A stretch of DNA of 12,108 nucleotides from a virus (Duplodnaviria; Heunggongvirae; Uroviricota; Caudoviricetes), in the IMG/VR virus record IMGVR_UViG_2737471846_000027, positions 1 to 12,108 of that record; one strand, given 5' to 3'. Within the stretch, counting starts at the first letter, position 1. Each line of letters opens with the position of its first letter. A program made the translations under genes and the position numbers. Below are positions 6,617-12,108 of this stretch, piece by piece. Under the pieces are notes generated by a model. It was not told the DNA's origin. It saw only the letters and a list, made by a program, of their open reading frames with translations, and searched no databases.

Positions 6617-8371
6617 TTATAAAAACGCGTCGCAATCGTCTGTTGTAATTGCGTTGGTCTGCGTTACTCCCTTAACTTTTCGCGTAATATATTCATGCCC
6701 GTAAACTTTCGCCGCTGGCTTCATGGCCTTGCTGAACTCAGCCACGTTTAGCGGTTTGCTCCTGCCTGCGTATGCCATAAACGCCAGATAGACGCGGTAA
6801 AGGCTGTTCCTGGTCGTGTACTTCACTGAATCGCCACCGCCGCCCATCATCAGGCCGCGTGCTTCCTCCAGAAAATTCAGGAACTGGCAAAACTCAATAA
6901 CCGGATCCGTCTGTTGCTTTATTGCCAGAGCTTCATCACCGTCACGCTGTTCCAGTAGTAAAGCCCGTGCCTTCTCAGGGTCGGTAAAGTTCGCCAGCAA
7001 TCGGCGGATAATGACAGGGATTTCAGCCGCAATCTTTTCCGGTAGCTCCCTGTCTTTTTCGGCCTCACTGACGATATTGTCGAAACGGAAAATTACGCGA
7101 CGACGTGACACACCTCCGGCCCGTTCGGTGAATATCATCGGGTTATTGTTGGTAGCCAGCACCACCGCCCTGATTACCGCCGTAAAACGCTTCTCATATT
7201 TCGGGTTAATTTCCACGGGGTCGCCGCCCGTGATTTTCTTGATGCCCGTTCCTTCGCCTGTATATTTCGGCTGGTCAGCTAGGACGATAAGACGACTCCC
7301 GACAACCTGCGCACGTCCACCAGCATCATCAAGCGATGTCATTTCAGCGCTTACCGTGTTCTGTTTCCCTGCCAGAAGGCTGGCTATGTGTGTGAATGTA
7401 CTTTTACCGCTCCCGCCGTCTCCGGTGGCCTCAATAAACATCTGCCAGTCGTACCGGTTCGCCATAATCATGTACAGCGCGGCACATATACGCATCATCT
7501 TGCGCGGGTCTTTTCCGGCTGCGTGCTCAAGCCATTTATGAAAGTTTGGCGCGTTGTCGCGGATATTCTCCCCTGGTGCTGGTGGCGTGTACTCAATGCC
7601 GTTGTGCGTGGTGATCCAGTTCTCCGGCGTGTGCGGGGAAAATTCCCCCGTTTTCAGGTCAAGCGCACCATTGGCGAACGGCAGCAAATCGCCGGACGGC
7701 TCGCCCATTGGTTCGGCAATAACTTTTAACGCTTCCACGGCGTTATTGATTACGCGCTTGCTGAAAGTGGCCCTGTGCTCTGAATAGATCGCCACCATTT
7801 CGCGGCTAAGTTCCATTGTGCTGACCGGACACCATACCCCGCCGCGCCATACGTGAACAATTTCACTTTCAGGATGTACGCAAACGCCATCAAAGCGATC
7901 GGCAAGCAGCTGCGCGCGCTCACTGTCCGCCATCTGCGAAAGTTGCGCCTTTTGCTTTACCGGAAGCTCAATGACCAGACCATCAGAAAGATTCTGGCGT
8001 TCACGGGCCAGGTATTCGCGCCAGTTCTGCACCTCCTTGCCGTGCATACCCTCAGGATAAAAATTTGCATCCTGTACACCAGCCGCCGCCAGCTTTTGAC
8101 CAATCGCCTTTATCATTACTGGTGCAAGATATCCGGCCCTGAATATGCGCACGGATTTTCTGCCTTCCGGCACAATTTGCAGCTTATCCAGTTCTGATAA
8201 CTGCTGCTCCCCAAGCCACACAGGAGGCTCATTATCTCCGGCCATACGCGCGTCATGTTCCTGCCATTGTTTTGCGTGTGACCAGGCATCACTACCCGCA
8301 AAAATAATGACTTCTGTTTCTTTGTGTTTTATGCCGCGTGACTGCTGTTTTACGTTCGGTGCCAGTTTCAT
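6617..8371 (-). CDS. Replication initiation primase/helicase, phage/plasmid P4-family (D5-like NTPase domain)
   Basis: The 584-aa ORF has a Walker A motif GDGGSGKST in its C-terminal half and overall resemblance to the pri-rep proteins of P4-like and PICI elements. Iterons follow immediately downstream. Confidence 0.9.
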   Translation of the reverse strand: MKLAPNVKQQSRGIKHKETEVIIFAGSDAWSHAKQWQEHDARMAGDNEPPVWLGEQQLSELDKLQIVPEGRKSVRIFRAGYLAPVMIKAIGQKLAAAGVQDANFYPEGMHGKEVQNWREYLARERQNLSDGLVIELPVKQKAQLSQMADSERAQLLADRFDGVCVHPESEIVHVWRGGVWCPVSTMELSREMVAIYSEHRATFSKRVINNAVEALKVIAEPMGEPSGDLLPFANGALDLKTGEFSPHTPENWITTHNGIEYTPPAPGENIRDNAPNFHKWLEHAAGKDPRKMMRICAALYMIMANRYDWQMFIEATGDGGSGKSTFTHIASLLAGKQNTVSAEMTSLDDAGGRAQVVGSRLIVLADQPKYTGEGTGIKKITGGDPVEINPKYEKRFTAVIRAVVLATNNNPMIFTERAGGVSRRRVIFRFDNIVSEAEKDRELPEKIAAEIPVIIRRLLANFTDPEKARALLLEQRDGDEALAIKQQTDPVIEFCQFLNFLEEARGLMMGGGGDSVKYTTRNSLYRVYLAFMAYAGRSKPLNVAEFSKAMKPAAKVYGHEYITRKVKGVTQTNAITTDDCDAFL

Positions 8372-8667
8372 TTTTTACCCCTGAATACGTTAAGCATCTT
8401 TTTTATTTCCTGAATATTGGCGCGTGCTTTCTCCCTGCTGGTGGGCTTGCTGCGTTGCGCTGCCTGCACCAGAGAAAAATCACGGTCGAACTGATAAACG
8501 GGCATCACGCAATCATATTCGTAACCTTCACGGCGGTAAGTTACGCGCCGTTCCTCCACGCCCTTAATCATTACCGTGCCGCCGTACTGGTCGCGGTAAA
8601 TATCACCGCGCATGAATTTAGTGCGAGTTTTGCCACTGGCAGTTAAGCCAGAATATTTAAGTTTCAT
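8368..8667 (-). CDS. Hypothetical protein (99 aa), translationally coupled to the primase gene
   Basis: ATGA overlap with the primase start and a GGAGA Shine-Dalgarno. No family recognised. Confidence 0.5.
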   Translation of the reverse strand: MKLKYSGLTASGKTRTKFMRGDIYRDQYGGTVMIKGVEERRVTYRREGYEYDCVMPVYQFDRDFSLVQAAQRSKPTSREKARANIQEIKKMLNVFRGKK

Positions 8668-8672
8668 TATTT

Positions 8673-8900
8673 TTATTCTCCGGTGTGGGGCGCGTTATTA
8701 TTTTCGTGAATTGCCATTGCCTTATCCAGTTCATCAATAACAGGCGATAGTAATGTCTGAATGGCTGCAAACATTAAGGCACCTGATTCCTTACCACCTT
8801 CCGGCACTTCAATTAATTTAATTAACAACGCATTCATTTCGCGCGCTTTAATTAATGCGTTTTCAGAGTGGATTAATACTTCAAAAGGGATTTTATTCAT
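8673..8900 (-). CDS. Hypothetical protein (75 aa from ATG 8900; the ORF track extends to 8945)
   Basis: GAGGGT Shine-Dalgarno 6 nt before the internal ATG at 8900. It starts 2 nt after the upstream ORF stop. Confidence 0.45.
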   Translation of the reverse strand: MNKIPFEVLIHSENALIKAREMNALLIKLIEVPEGGKESGALMFAAIQTLLSPVIDELDKAMAIHENNNAPHTGE

Positions 8901-9129
8901 GGCGTACCCTCTGAATATCTGCGGTAAGAATTTTACCTGCCTCATTCAGTGCCATATCAGCACTAAGTTGCATAACCGCCAGCGAATGAGGGACGAAAGC
9001 CCCGGCATATTCTGTTTCGCTGGTGGCGTGCTTATGTGCCCTGTCCGCGATAACAGAAATATCAATCAGCGCGTGCATCAGCGTTTTGATGGCTTCGGCG
9101 GCTGCGTCCGGTGTGGTTTTATTGTGCAT
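8893..9129 (-). CDS. Hypothetical protein (78 aa)
   Basis: GGGGA Shine-Dalgarno. Its start overlaps the end of the upstream ORF (coupled). Confidence 0.45.
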   Translation of the reverse strand: MHNKTTPDAAAEAIKTLMHALIDISVIADRAHKHATSETEYAGAFVPHSLAVMQLSADMALNEAGKILTADIQRVRHE

Positions 9130-9331
9130 AAAGCATCCCCTGAATATTCGTGTTAATCATTCCGGCACGTTTTGTGATTTCCTGTAATGATTCCCTTGTG
9201 GCGACAATTGCTTCATCTGGTAAGTGGTAATTACACACCACGCGACCTTTATCCACATTGACCAGTAGCTGCCCTGTGAATTTCTCACGAAACTGAATGC
9301 GGTTAAGGTCAGTAAGTGACAGATTAATCAT
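9119..9331 (-). CDS. Hypothetical protein (70 aa from ATG 9331, MINLSL...)
   Basis: Its start overlaps the stop of the upstream 65-aa ORF (ATGATTAA). It is part of a tightly packed small-gene array. Confidence 0.45.
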   Translation of the reverse strand: MINLSLTDLNRIQFREKFTGQLLVNVDKGRVVCNYHLPDEAIVATRESLQEITKRAGMINTNIQGMLYAQ

Positions 9332-9521
9332 GGCGCACCTCCTGACGAATACGGGCGGCAAATACAGCAACACAACCGGACGGGCAACGGTTACGCGCTT
9401 CGCGTTCCGTCCAGGCGGTTACGTGGATGATTTGAGATTCTCCGGCACTCAGTGCCAGAAAACGCCACACAAAGGCCGTTTGTGTGTGTACAAGGTGTGG
9501 TATATGATTTACGGCAACCAT
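9324..9521 (-). CDS. Hypothetical protein (65 aa), first gene of the leftward operon
   Basis: AGGAG Shine-Dalgarno 5 nt before ATG 9521. This is the only plausible part of the 314-aa ORF 9324..10268, whose upstream portion runs through the operator region and a plus-strand gene. Confidence 0.4.
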   Translation of the reverse strand: MVAVNHIPHLVHTQTAFVWRFLALSAGESQIIHVTAWTEREARNRCPSGCVAVFAARIRQEVRHD

Positions 9522-9611
9522 AACGGCTCCTAGTTTACGTTGTTGGTTAGACGCCCCGTATGTGTTCCCAGCACTGCGGGGCGTTGATTTTTGTGTAATG
9601 GCAAGTACAAT

Positions 9612-9658
9612 GGTAATTACCATGTAGGTATAGTAATAAAGGGTAATTACCATGTCAA
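9612..9658 (-). promoter_or_regulatory. Leftward operon promoter (-35 TTGACA, 17-bp spacer, -10 TACTAT) with two identical palindromic operators GGTAATTACC (9612–9621 and 9642–9651)
   Basis: On the minus strand, TTGACA lies at 9658–9653 and TACTAT at 9635–9630. One perfect 10-bp palindrome sits in the spacer and the second just downstream of the -10. The second operator also abuts the ATG of the RHH gene. Confidence 0.55.
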
Positions 9659-9825
9659 CACCATTAGAAAAACGTTCGCCTCCATACCAAATGCGATTAC
9701 CGGAAGACTTCAGAGCGCAGCTAGAAGAAGCAGCTAAGGCCGATGGCGACACATCTTTAGCCACTTGGATTAAACGCGTTCTCCGCAAAGAATTACAGCA
9801 ACGCGGCATAGAACCCAAAGGATAA
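9652..9825 (+). CDS. Arc/MetJ-type ribbon-helix-helix transcriptional regulator (57 aa), candidate island repressor; not in the supplied ORF track
   Basis: The translation MSTPLEKRSPPYQMRLPEDFRAQLEEAAKADGDTSLATWIKRVLRKELQQRGIEPKG has the Arc signature: a beta-strand (YQMRLP), helix A, a G-x-T/S turn and helix B. The gene diverges from the leftward operon across the operator pair. Confidence 0.65.
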   Translation: MSTPLEKRSPPYQMRLPEDFRAQLEEAAKADGDTSLATWIKRVLRKELQQRGIEPKG

Positions 9826-9882
9826 AAACTATCAGCGCCGTGGTGTGAGGTATTACGGCGCATTGCTATGCAGGACAACACA

Positions 9883-10056
9883 ATGACCGATAAAGAATTG
9901 ACCAAAACATTATCACCGGCACGGAAAAGACGGCGCAGAAAGATAGAGCATGAATCAGAAAGATTCGCGCCATGTGCTTTTGCCCTTGAGCAATTCCTTA
10001 AAGAGTACAGGGAAACGCGCCCATTGCAGGTATGGCAACGAACTGAACCAGACTGA
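9883..10056 (+). CDS. Hypothetical small basic protein (57 aa from ATG 9883; the ORF track starts at 9868)
   Basis: It follows the RHH gene on the same strand, with an AGGA about 9 nt before ATG 9883, and precedes the plus-strand terminator. It carries an RKRRRRK basic patch. Weak call. Confidence 0.3.
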   Translation: MTDKELTKTLSPARKRRRRKIEHESERFAPCAFALEQFLKEYRETRPLQVWQRTEPD

Positions 10057-10150
10057 TAGCATTGCCCACCAGCCTGATAGCGGCTATCATCCCCGTGCTT
10101 ATGTTTGGGATCATATACACATAAGGCGCAGCGGGTTATCTGTTCAGAAA

Positions 10151-10179
10151 GGCGGCTCCATTTCGGGGCCGCTTTTTTT
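10151..10179 (+). terminator. Rho-independent terminator ending the RHH operon (possibly bidirectional, also serving alpA)
   Basis: An 8-bp GC-rich stem (GCGGCTCC/GGGGCCGC, one G-U pair), a 5-nt loop and a T7 run. Confidence 0.6.
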
Positions 10180-10325
10180 ATGCCTGAAAAACCCCAATTT
10201 TGTGGTTTTCCAGTCTCACCAGGGCGAACGAATCCCCGCCCACGTTCTGGCGTATATTCAATCTTCATGGTTATAGCTCTGTGTTCAGATGATTGATGTG
10301 TGGCGGCTGTGTGCCGCCAGCGTGA

Positions 10326-10514
10326 TTAATGAACTGCCTTGCAGCTATCCTTCCAGGCCAGAACCTCGGATAAAGACCAGCCAACGGAACGACCGCCAAG
10401 TTTACGACGTGATGGGAATTGTCCGGCCTTTTCCAGGCGGTAGCGACACGTACGGCTAAGGCCGGTTAGTTTTTCGCATTCTTTTTCACGTATAAACCGA
10501 TCAGTGCTTAACAC
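10326..10514 (-). CDS. alpA: AlpA-family phage transcriptional regulator / excisionase-like protein
   Basis: The 62-aa product shares the AlpA pattern with CP4-57 AlpA as I recall it (LTGLSRTCRYRL...FPSRRKLGGRSVGWSLSEVLAW versus TGMARATIYDWL...FPKKRMLGVKSVGWIEAEIDEW). It has a GTG start with a GGGGG Shine-Dalgarno. Confidence 0.85.
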   Translation of the reverse strand: MLSTDRFIREKECEKLTGLSRTCRYRLEKAGQFPSRRKLGGRSVGWSLSEVLAWKDSCKAVH

Positions 10515-10878
10515 TATTGCCCCCTTTCGTTTCTTAAAGAGTCATCAGGTGTCTTATTGTGTCGTATTGTTCCCGCTAGAGTGATGAATGGCAAATACTG
10601 AGGATGTATGATTTACAGAAAATGAAAAAGTAAGAATAAAATCTTTTAAATTCATGTTAATACAAAGGCATAAAATATTGTTCCATGCCTTTTTTCTCGC
10701 TCTTTAAAGAGTGATTCGCTAGTGTATAAAAAACCAGCAACACATTAAAAATCAGCTACTTATAAATCCGTACGCTTTTTCGCCTCTTGTTCGTAGTTGT
10801 TCCACATTGTTGCTCATTGTTGCACGTTGTATCTGTTCGCATATCCAGTATGCGCATACTGAAAAAACACGAAAAAAA

Positions 10879-12108
10879 TTATTTTCTTCTGGCTACTGGT
10901 AGCGTGGTTACGTTTTCATGTGTTCCCGCCAGTATCCCTAACCGCTCCGTCCACATATCCAGCGCATTGCGTTTCGCATCCAGATAACGGGAATGATTAT
11001 AAACTCGCTGCATTCCTGGCATCTGGTGGCCTGTAAGCTGCTCCACGACATGCGGATCAACGCCTAAATCGTTCAGCATGGTTGTAAAGGTGCGCCGGAT
11101 GTCATGCAGTGACCAGTGAGGGTGATTAAGCCTCCTGTGCGCTAATCTTCCATACTGCGATACGCTGGCCTCCTGTTTCACTTCCCCCAGCAATAAGCCC
11201 GTGTGCCTGTTCTGCTCCACCAGCTGCGTGATGAACGGCAGTATTGCTTCCGGTATAGGCCGGAATATGGCTACCTTCGTTTTGCTGTGCTCCTTCGGAA
11301 CGGTCCAGAGCATTTCGGTAAAATCCCACTCGCTGATCTCCGATAACCTCAGTTCTACCGTCCGGCATCCGAACACAATCAGGAGGCGGATTAACGCGAT
11401 GTAGTAGGGGGAGAATATTTTTTTGTCCAGTGCCTGCAATAATTCGCCCAGTTCTTTGGTGCTTAAGACACGCTCGCTTATATCCGGTTTTTTCCCAACG
11501 TCCGCCACACTCATATCATCAAGAACGTTGCTGATTGCATAGCGCCGCCTCCGGCAGAACTTAAGCGCCTGTTTGCACGTCTGTAGCAAGAATCCGGCAG
11601 TAACAGGCGTTCGCTTTGCCACCTGGTCAAAACAGGCCAGCCAGTGCCGTAGCTCGCATTTATCCAGCGGCATAGCACCAATGTGCTGTATTACGTGATT
11701 ATTAAGGCGCTTTTTCAGGGCGGCATAATCCACGCGGTTTTCCTTTGCGTACGACTCAAGCCAGTAGGTGAGCGCATCGCCAACCGTTACCGGCTTTAAC
11801 GCTTCCTGTACGGTGTAATTAAGCTCATGACGTGGATTTTTCCCCTCTGCCAGCCATGCGCGACACTGGGCGGCTTTTTCCCTGGCTGATTTCAGGCTCA
11901 GATCAGGATAATTTCCCAGCTTAATGCGTTCCGGTGGTGCCCCCCTTCCCGTTCCGGCCCTGTAAGTGAAATACCAGGTTAAAAGGCCACTGGTTGAATG
12001 CCTGACGCTCAGGTTTCCACCGTCATTAAGAAAGGCTGTTTTTTGGGCGGGTGTGCCGTTGATTTTCCTCAGCTGTGTATCGCTCAGTTTGTTAAGTGCT
12101 CTGCTCAT
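10879..12108 (-). CDS. int: Tyrosine site-specific integrase, P4-like family; start codon at the last base of the window
   Basis: The 409-aa product has an N-terminal arm-binding-type region and a C-terminal catalytic domain with R...HxxR...Y residues (HDIRRT, LTGH, YNHSRY). Confidence 0.95.
   Translation of the reverse strand: MSRALNKLSDTQLRKINGTPAQKTAFLNDGGNLSVRHSTSGLLTWYFTYRAGTGRGAPPERIKLGNYPDLSLKSAREKAAQCRAWLAEGKNPRHELNYTVQEALKPVTVGDALTYWLESYAKENRVDYAALKKRLNNHVIQHIGAMPLDKCELRHWLACFDQVAKRTPVTAGFLLQTCKQALKFCRRRRYAISNVLDDMSVADVGKKPDISERVLSTKELGELLQALDKKIFSPYYIALIRLLIVFGCRTVELRLSEISEWDFTEMLWTVPKEHSKTKVAIFRPIPEAILPFITQLVEQNRHTGLLLGEVKQEASVSQYGRLAHRRLNHPHWSLHDIRRTFTTMLNDLGVDPHVVEQLTGHQMPGMQRVYNHSRYLDAKRNALDMWTERLGILAGTHENVTTLPVARRK

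Larger units (their letters stand above)
1976..12108. mobile_element. Integrated phage satellite / PICI-like chromosomal island; left boundary uncertain (somewhere between 1462 and about 2000) and right boundary beyond the window
   Basis: Contiguous block of tyrosine integrase, AlpA, P4-family primase with downstream iteron origin, SSB, lambda-like major capsid and decoration genes, Nu1-like terS and cos sites, all on one strand. This is the typical int-alpA-pri-ori-packaging order of Gram-negative satellites. No helper structural genes (portal, terL, tail) are present. Confidence 0.8.

Noticed and set aside
6816-7541. 241-aa plus-strand ORF
   Set aside because: Antisense to the well-supported primase gene, with low-complexity Ser/Ala/Arg-rich translation.
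9552-9596. Plus-strand hairpin ACGCCCCG-N18-CGGGGCGT followed by a T-run, as a terminator
   Set aside because: There is no credible upstream plus-strand gene and the loop is large. It more likely lies in the 5' leader of the leftward operon or is a protein-binding inverted repeat.
9324-10268. 314-aa minus-strand ORF
   Set aside because: It reads through the palindromic operator/promoter region and the plus-strand RHH gene, and its composition is Cys/Arg/Ser-rich nonsense. Only the C-terminal 65 codons, which have their own AGGAG Shine-Dalgarno, look like a gene.
9950-10296. 108-aa and 63-aa plus-strand ORFs
   Set aside because: They run through the rho-independent terminator at 10151–10179 and have no ribosome-binding site.
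2413-12108. Complete capsid-forming PICI or a decayed lambdoid prophage
   Set aside because: No portal, large terminase, protease/scaffold, tail, lysis or immunity-region genes are visible. The backbone (P4-family primase, AlpA, iteron ori) is satellite-like rather than lambdoid.

Overview
The window opens with a complete phoQ sensor-kinase gene (Escherichia-type chromosome); after about 0.5–0.9 kb of repeat-rich non-coding DNA, the remaining ~10 kb is an integrated phage-satellite-like island (PICI/P4-like layout), almost entirely on the minus strand. Reading right to left: tyrosine integrase (starts at the window edge), AlpA, a plus-strand Arc-type RHH regulator with paired palindromic operators, five small ORFs, a P4-family primase/helicase, an iteron origin, a small ORF, SSB, then a separate capsid unit (68-aa ORF, lambda gpE-like major capsid, gpD-like decoration protein), a cos site, a Nu1-like small terminase, a second inverted lambda-like cos, and a 93-aa ORF. 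No portal, large terminase, protease/scaffold or tail genes are present. The most notable features are the two inverted cos sites with different cosB regions flanking terS, and a satellite that carries only capsid shell proteins plus TerS, suggesting it parasitises a lambda-family cos helper phage. All protein calls rest on recalled similarity read by eye; no database search was run, and the island's left boundary and att sites cannot be fixed from this window.
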